DNA of 62,582 bases, counting the filler, from Chiloscyllium plagiosum (Eukaryota): assembly GCF_004010195.1 (NCBI RefSeq). It is 4 parts of one record of this genome, joined end to end, with 100 filler letters (N's around TTAATTAATTAA, not from the genome) between each part and the next. Parts side by side here need not be neighbours in the genome. Positions count along the whole stretch, not along the records: positions 1 to 16,571 come from NC_057713.1; positions 16,672 to 34,288 come from NC_057713.1; 2 more parts are not named here. One strand, 5' to 3'. Under the pieces are notes generated by a model. That model made no database searches. It had not been told where the DNA came from and saw only the letters and a program-made list of their open reading frames with translations. This document shows positions 10,699 through 24,151 of this stretch, one piece after another (the stretch's first letter is position 1; each line of letters opens with the position of its first letter). Both the position numbers and the translations under genes were made by a program.

Positions 10699-13600
10699 AG
10701 AACAAAGAAAAATTGCAGCATAAGAACAGGCCATTCAGCCCTCCAAGCCTGCACCAATCCAGATCCTCTGTCTAAACCTGTTGCCTATCTTCTAAGGATC
10801 TGTAGCCCTCTGCTCCCTGCCCATTCACGTGTCTGTCGAGATACATCTTAAATGATGCTATTCTGCCTGCCTCTACCGCCTCCATTGGCACTTGTTCCAG
10901 GCATCAACTTCCCTCTGCGTAAAGAACTTCCCATGCATATCTTCCTTAAACTTTCCCCTTTCACCTTGAACTCATAACACCGGTAATTGAATCCCCCACT
11001 CTGGGGGAAAAGCTTCTTGCTATCTACCCTGTCAATACTTCTCATGATTTTGTAGACTTCAATCAGGTCACCCTTCAACCTCTGTCTTTCTAATGAAAAT
11101 AATCTTAATCCACTCAACCTGTCTTCATAGCTAGTGCCCTCCAGACCAGGCAACATCTAGTGAACCTCCTCTGTACCCTCTCCAAGGCATTCATGTCCTT
11201 TTGGTAATGTGGTGACCAGTACTGCATGCAGTATTGCAAATGTGACCGAACCAAAGTCTTACGCAACTGTAACATGACCTGCCACCTCTTAACCAGTCTA
11301 TCGACCTGCGTTGCCATCTTCAGTGTACAATGGACCTGAACAGCCAGATCACCCTGTACTTGAATTTTCCCCAGGGCTTTTCCATTTACCATATCGTTCG
11401 CTCTTGAATTGGACCTTCCGAAATGCATCCTCTCACATTTGCCCGAATTGAATTCCATCTGCCATTCCTCTGCCCAACTCTGCAATCTATCTATATTCTG
11501 CTGTATTCTCTGACAGTCTCCATCACTATCTGTTACTCCACCAATCTTAGTGTCATCTACAAACTTGCTAATCAGAGCATGTATACCTTCCTCCAGATCA
11601 TTTATGTATATCACAAACAACAGTGGTTCCAGCACGGATCCCTGTGGAACACCACTGGTCACAGGTCTCCATTTTGAGAAACTCCCTTCCACTACTTTTT
11701 TTTCGCGCGCTCGCTCTCTCTCGTGCGCTCGCGCTCTCACTCTCTTGCTCTCTCACTCTCTCCTGTTGCCCAGCTAGTTCTTTATCCGCCTAAGCTAGTA
11801 CACTCTGGACCCCATGTGACTTCACTTTCTCCATTAGCATACCATGGGGAACTTTATCAAATGCCATGTATATGACATCTACAGCCCTTCCCTTATCAAT
11901 CAACTTTGTCGTTTCCTCAAAGACTTATATTAAGTTGGTAAGATATGACCTTCTATACAAAAACCTTGTTGCGTATCACTGATAAGCCCATTTTCTTCCA
12001 CATGACAATAGATCCTATCTCTTCGAGACCTCACCCGTGTTCAAGGATGCTGCAAAGATTTCTGTTAAGGCCCCAGCTATTTCTTCTTTCTTCCACAGTA
12101 ACCTGGGATAGATCCCATTCGGACCTGGCGACTTGTCCACCTTAATGTCTTTTAGAATACCCAGCACTTTCTCTCTCCTTATGCCGACTTGACCGTAGTA
12201 ATTAAACATCTATTCCTAATCTCAACATCTGTCATGTCCCTCTCCTCCATGAATACTGATGCAAACTACTCGTTAAGGATCTCACCCTTTTTCTCTGACT
12301 CCACAACCTAACTTTCCTCCTTTGCTCTTGAGTTGGCCAACCCCTTCTCTTGTTACCCTCTTGCTCCTTATATATGAATAAAAGGCTTTTATTAAGGATT
12401 TTCCTTCACCCTGTTTGCTAAAGATATTTCATGACCCCTTTTAGCTCTCTTAATTCCTTGTTTCAAATTGGTCCTACATTCCCGATATTCTTCCAAATCT
12501 TCGTCTGTCTTCAGTTGCCTAGACGTTATGTATGTTTCCTTTTTCCTTTTACTTCGTGTCACAATTTCACCTGTCATCCATGGTTTCCTAATCTTGCTAT
12601 TTCTATTCCTCATTTTCACAGGGACTTGCCTGTCCATCACTCTAATCAATCTCTCTTTAAAAGCCTCCCACATACCTTCAACCAGCTGCTCCCAATTCAC
12701 GTTCACCAGCTCGGCCGAATTTTGGTATAGTTGGCCTTTCCCCAATTTAGCGTTCTTCGTTTAGAACCGCTCTCGTCTTTGTCCATGAGTATTCTAAAAC
12801 TCATGGAATTGTGATCACTATTCCCAAAGTAATCCCCTACAGAAATTTCAGCCGCCTGGCCGTGCTCATTCCCCAACAGCAGACCCAGTATGGCCCCTTC
12901 CTGAGTTGGATTATTTACATACTGCTCTGGAAAACCCTCCTGGATGCTCCTTAGAAATTCTGCTCCATCTGAACCTCTAACACGAAGTGAATCCCAGTCA
13001 ATGTTGGGAAAATGAAATCTCTTATCATCACCACTTTGTTGCTCCTACATCTTTCTGTAAGCTGTTTTTGTATTTTATTTGTACTTGTACCTCATGCTCG
13101 CTGTTGGGAGGCCTGGAGTACAGCCCCAAGATTGTCACCTCACCTTCCTATTTCTGAGCTCTGCCCATATTGCCTCACTGCTCGAGTCCTCCATAGTGCC
13201 CTCCTTCAGCAGGGCTGTGATAGCCTCTCTGACCAGTAATACGACTCCTCCACCCCTTTTACCTCCCTCTCTAACCCACCTAAAGCATTGATATCCTGGG
13301 ATATTTAGTTGTCAATCATGCCTTTCCCTCCACCAAATCTCATTATTAGCAATAACATCATACTTAAAGGTACAAATCCAAGCCCTAAGATCATTTGCCT
13401 TACCTATTACACATCTTGCATGAAAACAAATACACCTCAGACTACCTATTCCTTTGTGTTCATCATCGTCTCCCTGCCTACTCTTTCCCCTTAGTCACGC
13501 TGACTTCATGATCTAGTTCTTTACAGGCTTTAGTTTCTACTCCTTACTGTCCACTAACCACCTAATTTGGTTCCCACCCCCAGCCACATTAGTTTAAACC

Positions 13601-14990
13601 CTCCCCAACAACGTTAGCAAAAGCACCCCCAAGGACATTGGTTCCAGTTAGGCCCAGGAGTAGACCATTTGTATTAGTCCCACCTGCCCACCAGTTGCAA
13701 TGTCCCAAACATCTGAACCCCTCCTTTCTGCACAGCATTCACCCTGCCTATTGTTTCAGTTCTACTCTGACTAGCACGTGGCACTGGTAGCAATCCTGAG
13801 GTTACTAACGCTGAGCTCCTACTTTTTAACTTGGCTCCTAACTCCCAAAATTCTGCTTGTAGGACCTCATCCTGTTTTTAACCTATATCATTGGTGCCTA
13901 TATGCACCATGACAACTGGCTGTTCACCCTCCCCTTGAGAATGTTCTGCAACCAATCGGAGACATCCGAGACCCATGCACCTAGGAGGCAACATTCCCTT
14001 AGGGAGTCTCATTTTTGACTACAGAATGGCCTATCTACGCCCATTACAATTGAATCCCCTATGACTATAGCCCTTCCACTCTTTTTCCTGCCCTTCTGTA
14101 CAGCAGAGCCAGTCATGGTGCCATGAACCTGGGCTATTGTTGCCTTCCCCTGGTGAGCCATCTACCCAACAGCGTCCAAAGCGGTACACCTGTTTTGGAG
14201 GGAGACGACCGCAGGGGACACCTGCACTGGATCCTGCTCTTTCTCTGCCTTTTGTTCATCCATTCCATTTCTCCCTCAGCAATCCTAATCTGCGGTGTGA
14301 CCAATTCACTAAAAGTGCTATCCATGACCACCTCAGCATCACAGATGCTCCAAAGTGAGTGCATCTGCAGCTCCAGAGCTGTCATGCGGTCTAACAAGAG
14401 CTGCAGCTGGACACACTTCCTCCATGTGAAGGAGCCAGGGACATCAGCCGCGTCCCAGAACTTCCATGTTGAGCAAGAGGAGCATAACACGGGTCTGAGA
14501 TCTCCTGCCATTTTTAATCTTAAACTTAACTTAGTCCAAATTGGTGTGAACTTGTTGGGCCGAAGGGCGTGTTTCCACACTGTAGGGATTCTATGATTCT
14601 AAATACAATATCAAATAATAGGTAAATGAGAAAGGAAAAAAAACACTTTTTTAAACCAATTTTACAACAAAAAAAAATAGAAAACCCTTACCTTACCGAC
14701 ACCCACATTCTTTGTGTTGGTTAGAGGAGGTGGTAGGTGGGAGACACTACACGTGTAGTGCCTTGGGTTTAGTCGTTGCCCAAATATATCGGTTCACTGA
14801 CCTTCCTAGAGCACAATTTGAAACTCCCACTCAGCTCCTCACTCCCGCTGCTGCTGCAGAAATGGTGGCCACCGACTCTAGAGATAAGTCCTTTCAGAGG
14901 TAAATTTCCTGACAAAGCCCCCTGGCCTTTGCTCTCACTGCTCCCACTGCTGCTGAAAAAGCAACAGAAATTACTCCAGTGTAATGACAA
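10699..14990 (-). mobile_element. Near-full-length degenerate CR1 LINE (5' UTR, ORF1 zinc-finger/SGNH esterase, ORF2 APE and RT)
   Basis: ORF1 MAGDLRPVLCSSC...KCVQLQLL, AIVIGDS, HIGTNDIG. ORF2 [36 protein letters not shown]. Internal deletions present. Confidence 0.9.
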
Positions 14991-15790
14991 AGCAGAGTCT
15001 CGATCCCTTGTAGATAGAAATCGTGAGGAGAAATAAAAACAACTACTGTAATGTGTAGATGAAGGTACTCAATTCTAGGATGTAGTCACCTGAGAAGGTA
15101 TTTGGAGAAAAGGGAAATAATACAAATGCGCTTCCCCCATTTCTGAACAAGTTGAAAGGCTTGAAAACCAGCAGACCTTTACAATGAATACTGCATAGCT
15201 AAGAGCGCTGTAAAATTATGGATGAAATTTGTGCAGTTTTGATAGTCATTGCAGATGGACGGAGGTGGGGGTGAAGTGTCGTGGAGGTCCCACTGGAACG
15301 GTAAGAAATCAACATGCCCCTAATAAAGGAAGGATGAAACGAAGCTGTCAGTCTTTTAGGTTGAAAACAAATAGAAGACAATTAGAAAGAAACTTGAGGA
15401 AAGTAATCTCTTAATCAGGCTGTACAATTTCAGATGGGCCAGAGCCAATCATTTCTATTTTTGTGACTTTGAAGTAGATAAAGGAAATGAGTTGCATTTA
15501 GATTGTATTGTTTGCAATTTCAGGATGTTCCCACTATTTCAATTACCATGACCTGTGCAATTTTTATAAAATCCATTTTGTTTAAGGATTCATGGACGCT
15601 CTTAAAAAGGTTTTGACATGTTCTCCTCACACGAGTGTGCTGTTCCCAACTCTGCTGTTTGTGTTCAATGGCTTATGGAGAGCCAGCACAAACATGTGCC
15701 AAAGGGCTGCCACCTGCACTGCAATAATTCTGAGATTTCGTTATGAAATCATCAGAATTTACTTGTTGCTGATGGCATCTCTCCATCATT

Positions 15791-15825
<35 letters not shown>

Positions 15826-15839
15826 GGTGTCCGTCTGGA

Positions 15840-16486
15840 GAACAATACAAATTTATCCAACCTCTCCTCATAACTAAAACTCTCCCAGGCAACAAACATC
15901 CTGGTAAACCTAGTCTGAACCCTCTTCAAAGCATCCAAGTCCTTCTGGTAGTGTGGCACCCAGAACTGCAGGCAGTATTCTGAATGTATTCCTAACTAAA
16001 CTTTTGTGCAGCTGTAACATAATTTATATTCAGTGCCCTGGCCAATTGAAGGCGAATGTACTGTATGCTGCCTTGACCACCTTGTCCACCTGTATTGCCA
16101 CTTTAGAGGTCTGGGGACCTGTACACTCAAATCTCTCTGTCAGTGCTTCTAAGGGTTCTGCCATTTATTGGCACCTGAATTTGATCTTCTAAAACGTATC
16201 ATCTTGCATTTGTCCAAATTAAACTCCACCTGTCATTTCTGTGCCAAAAATCTGCAATCTATCTATATTCCACTGTATGCTTTGACAATCCTCCTCACTA
16301 TCTGCAACTTTGCCAGTTTTGGTGTCATCTGCAAACTTGTTAATCTTACAACCTACATTTTCCTCTAGATAATTATATATATTGCAAACAACAAAGGCCA
16401 TAGTACTGATGCCTGCGGAACACCATTAGCTACTGATTTCCATTATGAAAAGCACCCTTCCACTGCTACTCTGTCTTCTATGACCA
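15840..16486 (-). mobile_element. CR1 RT fragment
   Basis: INKFADDTKTG motif. Followed by a family 2 PLE repeat end (16487-16571) cut by the linker. Confidence 0.8.
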
Positions 16487-16571
16487 AGATGTGGAGGTGC
16501 CGGTATTGGACAGGTGGACGTAATTAAAAATCACACAACACTAGATTGTAGTCCAACAAGTTTATTTGGAA

Positions 16572-16671
16572 NNNNNNNNNNNNNNNNNNNNNNNNNNNNN
16601 NNNNNNNNNNNNNNNTTAATTAATTAANNNNNNNNNNNNNNNNNNNNNNNNNNNNNNNNNNNNNNNNNNNN
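16572..16671. other. Artificial scaffold linker N44-TTAATTAATTAA-N44 (also 34289-34388 and 54714-54813)
   Basis: Three identical 100-nt constructs. Confidence 0.95.
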
Positions 16672-17082
16672 GTGTGCAGGGAGTGTGAGCTGGGCGTGTG
16701 CAGGGAGTGTGAGCTGGGCGTGTGCAGGGAGTGTGAGCTGGGCGTGTGCAGGGAGTGTGAGCTGGGCGTGTGCAGGGAGTGTGAGCTGGGCGTGTGCAGG
16801 GAGTGTGAGCTGGGCGTGTGCAGGGAGTGTGAGCTGGGCGTGTGCAGGGAGTGTGAGCTGGGTGTGTACAGGGAGTGTGAGCTGGGTGTGTGCAGGGAGC
16901 GCGAGCTGGGTGTGTACAGGGAGTGTGAGCTGGGTGTGTGCAGGGAGCGCGAGCTGGGTGTGTGCAGGGAGCGCGAGCTGGGTGTGTGCAGGGAGTGCGA
17001 GCTGGGTGTGTACAGGGAGTGTGAGCTGGGTGTGTGCAGGGAGTGTGAGCTGGGTGTGTGCAGGGAGTGTGAGCTGGGCGTG
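16672..17082. repeat. 24-bp minisatellite, about 17 copies
   Basis: Unit gtgtgcagggagtgtgagctggg(c/t). Confidence 0.97.
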
Positions 17083-17167
17083 AGGGTCTCTGACCGTTCC
17101 CCATTGCGAGGACGGTCGTGTGTTGTCTCTGGCTCTGTGACTAACTGGCTGGCTGTTGCTGTTTTAG

Positions 17168-17593
17168 GTGCTGTCTCTTGGTGCTGATGTCCTGCCTGAA
17201 TATAAACTCCAGGCCCCACGCATTCACAAATGGACCATCCTTCACTACAGTCCCTTTAAGGCTGTTTGGGATTGGCTGATCCTGCTGCTTGTTATTTACA
17301 CGGCTGTCTTCACTCCATACTCCGCTGCGTTCTTACTGAATGACCAGGAGGAGGTGAGCCGCCGAGAGTGTGGGTATTCCTGTAACCCCCTGAACGTGGT
17401 GGATCTGATTGTGGACATCATGTTCATCATTGACATCCTCATCAACTTCCGGACCACGTACGTGAACAGTAATGACGAGGTGGTCAGTCATCCTGTCAGC
17501 ATCGCCGTCCACTACTTCAAGGGTTGGTTCCTCATTGACATGGTGGCTGCCATCCCCTTTGACCTGCTCATCTTCCGCTCGGGCTCCGATGAG
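17168..17593 (+). CDS. KCNH2: ERG-family voltage-gated K+ channel, internal exon (S1-S3; equivalent to hERG exon 6)
   Basis: ttttag|GTG acceptor and GAG|gtacgg donor; 426 nt, phase 0/0. Translates [57 protein letters not shown]...[20 protein letters not shown]. Family is certain; KCNH2 versus KCNH6/7 rests on VREF/GNME/SIKDKY residues and the SLC4A2 neighbour. Confidence 0.9.
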
Positions 17594-17956
17594 GTACGGA
17601 CCACCTGAGACTCGACTCCTAGGCTCTTAGCCTTTTCCTGCCACTCTCACTTTGGTCAGCTTCATCATTTCTGACAGCTCTAAGGAATACAGAGATTCTC
17701 ATTCACCTGGAGATCTGGGATCCTGTCAGTGTATGAATCTCATTGGCTAGCTGAGGGCCTTCCCGGATTGGAGCAGCAGTGGGCCATTCACCTTTCGTTA
17801 TGATCAGGGCTCACCTGGAGCTCAACTCCCCTTCCTTCACCAATCCCAATGTCCTGTCACACTGTCTCTCCCAGAGCTCACTCATTGAAAAATCCCTCCT
17901 CCTCTCCGTTCTGGATGGATGGCCTTAGCTTGAGAATTTGTACTCTGTGTTTTTTT

Positions 17957-18225
17957 TAGATTAGATTCCCTACAGTGTGGAAACGGGCCCTTCAGCCCAA
18001 CCAGTCCATACCTCCGAAGATGCCCCTACCACTAGGGGCAATTTAGCACAGCCAATTCACCCTGACCTGCACATCTTTGGAATGTGGAAGGAAACCAGAG
18101 CAAGCCCACGCAGACACGGGGAGAATGTGCAGACTCCACACAGACAGTCGCCTGAGGCGGGAATTGAACCCGGGTCCCTGGCACTATGAGGCAGCAGTGC
18201 TAACCACTGTGCCACAGTGCTGCCC
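17957..18225 (-). mobile_element. HE1-type V-SINE
   Basis: Reverse complement of the 23344 family. Confidence 0.88.
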
Positions 18226-19462
18226 CAGAGACAGAGGGAGAGAGTGAGAGCACTGACGGAGAGAAGGGGAGTGAGAGAGGGGGAAAGAGCTCACGGAGAG
18301 AGGGAGAGGGATAGACAAACAAAGGACATGCTGAACCAGGTGTGAAGGACAGGCTTAATGTTTTGTGTTTGTTCATTTTGAGGGACATGGGGATCACTGG
18401 CTGGGCCCAGCATTTATCACCTGTCCCTAGTTGCCCCCCTTGAGAAGGTGGGGGGGTGAGCTGCCTTCTTGAACCGCTGCAGTCCATGTGCTGTGAGTAG
18501 GCCCACAATACCACAATCTGTTTCCTGCGTGTGATCCTGATGCCTGTGGGTCAGGGATTTCCTGCTGTGTGGTCTAGAGGTTATCCCAGTGCAGATATCT
18601 CCGGCTGAATTTCTGGTGGTGTTGGCAAGGTCCAGACAGGAATGCTGGAAGAGTCGTTGAGTCATAGAGGTGTACAGCACAGAAACAGACCCTTCAGTCC
18701 ATCGTGTCTTTGCCAGCTATTCTAAGCTAACCTGGTCCCATTTGCCAGCACCTGGCGAATATTCCTGTAAATTGAATTGAATGGAATTGATTGTCCCGTG
18801 TCCCGAGGCACAGTGAAAACTATTGTCTTGGAGCAACACAGACAGATCCCAGAGTTCAGTAACATCGATAGTAAATAATAGGGAAACAGCAGCAATAACA
18901 AAAACACAGGGACAGGCGAATGTTTGGAGTTTGTGAGNNNNNNNNNNNNNNNNNNNNNNNNNNNNNNNNNNNNNNNNNNNNNNNNNNNNNNNNNNNNNNN
19001 NNNNNNNNNNNNNNNNNNNNNNNNNNNNNNNNNNNNNNNNNNNNNNNNNNNNNNNNNNNNNNNNNNNNNNNNNNNNNNNNNNNNNNNNNNNNNNNNNNNN
19101 NNNNNNNNNNNNNNNNNNNNNNNNNNNNNNNNNNNNNNNNNNNNNNNNNNNNNNNNNNNNNNNNNNNNNNNNNNNNNNNNNNNNNNNNNNNNNNNNNNNN
19201 NNNNNNNNNNNNNNNNNNNNNNNNNNNNNNNNNNNNNNNNNNNNNNNNNNNNNNNNNNNNNNNNNNNNNNNNNNNNNNNNNNNNNNNNNNNNNNNNNNNN
19301 NNNNNNNNNNNNNNNNNNNNNNNNNNNNNNNNNNNNNNNNNNNNNNNNNNNNNNNNNNNNNNNNNNNNNNNNNNNNNNNNNNNNNNNNNNNNNNNNNNNN
19401 NNNNNNNNNNNNNNNNNNNNNNNNNNNNNNNNNNNNNNNNNNNNNNNNNNNNNNNNNNNNNN

Positions 19463-19601
19463 AAAAGATGTGCAGGGTCAGGTGGATTGGCCATGCTAAA
19501 TTGCCAGGGGTAAATGTAGGGGTATGGGTGGGTTTCGCTTCGGCGGGTCGGTGTGGACTTGTTGGGCCGAAGGGCCTGTTTCCACACTGTAATGTAATCT
19601 A
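19463..19601 (+). mobile_element. HE1-type V-SINE 3' half (5' part in the gap)
   Basis: Matches the 3' half of the 23344 copy. Confidence 0.85.
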
Positions 19602-21939
19602 AAAAAAAAACATGACCTCCCAACTCCTGTACTCAATACTGAAAGAGGTTGAGAGATCGCTGGCAGAGATGGAGTGGAAGGTGTAGGAGTTGGAACTGGC
19701 CATCCCCATGAGGGAGGCTGCAGCTGTACTGGAAGGCAAAGGGGATCAGACCTTTTGGCTACTCCCAGGCAGAGGCTCCCAGTGTGCATTCTGAGGAAAG
19801 AGGATTCTCCTGTCGAGCATGATGGGAACCTGGACAGATTTGGGAGGAGGATAGAAACTCCGAATGGTTCATTGATAAAAGTCTGGCCCAAGGGCCCACA
19901 GATGAGGATGGAATCCTGGGAGCTCAGTGTGAGGTGGAGCGTCTGTGTGGAAATCCTGAGCAGAGGGACAGAAGGTGAAAGAAGTCCATAGCTGGTCTTT
20001 GAGGGACTGACGAGGGGTTTGGGGAACACCAAGAAGCTGATCCAGTTCCAGCTGAAGTTTAGGGAGTAGGAACCAAAGAGGGGGACATGGTGTACATATC
20101 CCAGGCAACGTGGTGTCGCTCCCTGTAGAGTGGAAGTTGTTCCAGTCGATCTTCCACCTTCCGCCTGACCAGGGGCAGGGGGCTGAAGGAATGGCAGTGT
20201 CCAAATAGACTTGGAGAGGGAGTGACCAACCTCATTTATCTTTCTCTGACCCAGAGGACAAAGCCATCTGGGTTTGGGGGAGGGGGGAGGAAGCTTGGGT
20301 TCTCTGGTCCAGGAGAGAGGGTCCCATCAGGATGTGGATGGGGGAGGAGGCGAGAGGATGGGGTGGAGAGGGGGGGAGCAGGGTTGGTGGGTGGGGGTAG
20401 GTGTCAGGCTGAACGGGCAGGTAAGTAATGGTCCTCACAGCAAGTCCAGGCCCAGTCCATGGTAAAGCTCCCAGCCAATCCCTGCCCAGCCCCCAGCCAA
20501 TCCCTGCCCAGCGACAGGTGGACGTGCAGCACTTTGAGCACGAGCACCCTGAACAGGCTCAGCTCAAACTGCTGTCAGCCAGAGACTGCCCAGCCCAGCC
20601 CAGCCTAGCCCAATACCCACACCCACACCCCCACACCCACACCCCCACACCCCCACACCTCCCAGCACCCATCCCCACCTCCCAGCACCCACACCCCCTA
20701 CCCAATACCCACCCACACCTCCCAGCACCCACACACCTCCCAGCACCCACACCCACACTAGGGATGTGTGAGAGGGCGTGGGGATGTGCGTGGGGTGGGG
20801 TGGAGTGGAGTGGGGGGTGCAGTGGAGGGGAAGACTCACTGGGATAGTGCCTGAGCTGGAGAGGGTCACTGATGGAGAGAAATTGGACAGAGCACAGGAG
20901 TGTGAGTGCGAACAGGATCGAGATAAAATGATGAGGGGCAAAGACAGGAGGAAATATTCTCTCAGTGGAGGGATTAATGACCCAAGGGCAGGAGGATTAG
21001 AGGCATATCAGGAAATAATTTTCACTGAGCGGGTGGAGGGAATTGGGAACTCTGCCTGTGAGGGTGGGAGAGGAAGAAGGAGGAGGATTTTGATGTTTGA
21101 TTGTGATGCTAAGGCAGACCCCATTATGGGTCAGGTGCTGGGAACTAGCCGTACTATCATTAGGTGCGTATCTCTGACTGATACAGAGTCAATGGGCCGA
21201 AGGGTTTTTCTGTGTGACTCTATGACCCTCTCTGATGTTGTCACGTCTTTCCTACAGAGAACTACACACTCTGCCTGACCCTGATCGAATGTGTTTTCTG
21301 ATTGGATGGACCAGATTAACAGTCCCAGTCAGGGAGCCCTAGCTGACAGACTGAAACAGGAATGTCACTGACACAAAATATTCCTTTCAAACTCTATATC
21401 TGTCCTCTGGCTCCACGTACAAGTTACCACTGTGGTCCTTAGTGGGCCCTACTCTTTCCCTAGTTATCGTTTTGTCCTTAATGTAATTGTAAAGTAACTT
21501 TGGATTCTTCCTTCCTTTATCTGTTATTGTACATAAATGTTCCATTTCTGCTCCCTTCATTCCTTCGGTAAGTTCCTCTTGTACAATCCGTACTCAGCCC
21601 AGGCCCCTGCTGTTCGGAGCACTGAGTATCTAACACAGCCTCCCTCTCTGTCTTTATCCAACTCTGTCAATCCCTCGCTACCCAGAGATTGGCGGTTTAA
21701 TGGGTCCATGTTATCTTTATTATATTTATATGCTTGCCCTGTATCTCACTCTCTGTTACAGGGCTTACAGCGTGAGGGTCAGAACATGAGGGCTATAGGT
21801 CAGCGTGTGAGGGTCGGGGGTCAGTGTGTGCGGGTCAGGGGTCAGTGTCCTGGAGCGTCACTCTGCAGGTTACACTGACCTCTGCAGTGCTGTTCACTCC
21901 ATGTTGACTCGGTCTAATCAACTCCCTCGCTCTCTACAG

Positions 21940-22339
21940 AGGACCATACTGATTGGTCTGTTGAAGACGGCACGCCTGCTACGATTGGTTCGAGTTGCTC
22001 GGAAACTTGACCGTTACTCTGAGTACGGAGCTGCTGTCCTCTTCCTGCTGATGTGTACCTTTGCCCTGATTGCTCATTGGCTGGCCTGTATCTGGTATGC
22101 CATTGGCAATATGGAGAGAACGTTTCTGCAGCCGAAGATTGGGTGGCTGGATTCTCTCGGTGAGCAGATTGATAAACCTTACACTGAGAACGATACATCG
22201 TCAGGCCCCAGCATCAAGGACAAGTACGTCACTGCGCTATATTTCACCTTCAGTAGCTTGACCAGCGTGGGATTTGGCAACGTCTCCCCTAATACCAACT
22301 CCGAGAAGATCTTTTCCATCTGTGTGATGCTGATTGGCT
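21940..22339 (+). CDS. KCNH2: ERG K+ channel exon (S4, S5, turret, pore helix, GFG filter, start of S6; hERG exon 7 equivalent)
   Basis: ctctacag|AGG acceptor and GGC T|gtaagt donor; 400 nt, phase 0/1. Translates [34 protein letters not shown]...[30 protein letters not shown]. Confidence 0.92.
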
Positions 22340-23343
22340 GTAAGTGGCCTCCGCCTGTAATCCCTCATGGGTTAGTTAATTGTTGGGGTCAGAAACAGGA
22401 GTACGATTCGTGGTGGGAGATTCTGGTAACACTGTGACTGCCCAAGGTTAGCCCGCAGTCTTGCACGGCTTCAGTAATCCCTCGAGCAGCTCCCTTTCTC
22501 TCTGATTTCGGGGCGATTTGCTCTCCCTCAGGAAGAGTCCTGTTACAGCTTGTTCCCCCATTTATATGGAAACCTCCTTATGAACTGGAGTAATTGCTGG
22601 GATGTGTGTGGTCAGTGAATCCTGGAGCTGAATTGTTCACTCTGTGGCTTCTACATACCACAGGCTTTATTAACAGCATGGAAATAGGCCATTCAGCCTA
22701 TCCAATACATTCAGCTTCCCCAACACTGTACCCCTCCAGTATCTGTCCAATCACGTTTGGAATGTATTATCTGTTTTATTCTGGGTCACCCTCACATCCT
22801 GGCCATATCCCTTCCCCCAACCTTGGAACTGGCTTCCCCGTGCTGAGGGTGAGTTCACCTCAATCCCATCTCCCCTCCAGCTCCTGTGCTCCAAGGAAAA
22901 TAACCACAACTTCTCCTCAACCTGGTAACTAATCTGTCTTATTCCGGAACATTCTGGTAAATAGAGATATTGGGGTTTTAAAGCATGGAAAGAGGCCAAT
23001 CAGCCCATCATATCCAAGTCATGAAACATCCATTTTTTCTAATCCCATTCCCAACACTCGGCCCATAGCTCTGTCTGCTTTCTCATCACAAATGTCCATC
23101 TAAGCATTTCTTCAGCGTGACAAGGGGTTCTGCCTCTGTAACCCTCACAAATTCCCACCACCATCTAAATGAAGAATAATAATTTCTCACATTCCCTCCC
23201 AAACTCCCGTCCCCTCCCTCCAATCTACACTCCCTGGGCATGCCCATATCCATGCCCCTGAGAACCTGGTACATCTCAATCAGATTTCACCTCAACCTCT
23301 AAACAAAACACCCCGAGCTTATCCAGCCTCTCTTCAGCATTGT

Positions 23344-23660
23344 GGGTGGCACGGTGGCACAGTGGTTAGCACTGCTGCCTCACAGCGCCAGAGACCCGGG
23401 TTCAATTCCCGCCTCAGGCGACTGACTGTGTGGAGTTTGCACGTTCTCCCCGTGTCTGCGTGGGTTTCCTCCGGGTGCTCCGGTTTCCTCCCACAGTCCA
23501 AAGATGTGCAGGGTCAGGTGAATTGGCCATGCTAAATTGCCCGTAGTGTTAGGTAAGGGGTAAATGTAGGGGAATGGGTGGGTTACGCATCGGCGGGTCA
23601 GTGTGGACTTGTTGGGCTGAAGGGCCTGTTTCCACACTGTAAGTAATCTAATCTAATCTA
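23344..23660 (+). mobile_element. HE1-type tRNA-derived V-SINE, full length
   Basis: A box tggcacagtgg, B box ggttcaattcc, V domain gtggagtttgcacgttctccccgtgtctgcgtgggtttcctccgggtgctccggtttcctcccacagtcc, CR1-like tail with (aatct)n. Confidence 0.92.
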
Positions 23661-24151
23661 AAAAAAGAATCTCTCCATCCCAGGCAGCATCCTCTGCGCC
23701 CCCTCCAATGCAATCACATCCTTCCTATAGTGTGGTAACCAGAGCCGCACACAGTACTCCAGCTGTGGCCTCAACAAAGTCCTGTACAGCTTCAACATAG
23801 ATTATAAGATTATATGTCATGACTAATAAAGACAAGTATCCCAACTGCCCTCTTAACCACTGTCTCGGTCTGTCCTGCAGCCTTCAGGAACGTGTGGACA
23901 TACACACCAAGGTCCCTCTGATCCTCTGTACTGCTGAGGGTCTTACCATTCAACGTGTACTCCCTTGTCTTGTTCATTCTTTCAAAAAGCATCAAACTAC
24001 ACAATTCAGGATTAAATTCTATTTGTTCAGCCTGTGGGATGTATCTTTGGGATGGGGCATTCCTTCCCACATCAGGGTCATCTGTGAACATACTGACTAT
24101 CCCGCACAGATTCCCGTCCAGATCATTAATGTATACAACAAGCAGCAATGG

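Noticed and set aside
11114..11740. 208-aa ORF with an RE/RA-rich N-terminus
   Set aside because: A CR1 RT fragment; the N-terminus comes from a microsatellite expansion at about 11700-11762.
16616..16627. TTAATTAATTAA as a biological motif
   Set aside because: Identical N-padded construct at three sites; it is an assembly linker.
16616..17219. Cys-rich repetitive ORFs (CRECELGV, HTPCTRPA)
   Set aside because: They are translations of a 24-bp minisatellite open in multiple frames, with no splice or homology support.
23344..23420. SINE heads as tRNA genes
   Set aside because: The A/B boxes run directly into the V domain and LINE-derived tail, with no full cloverleaf.
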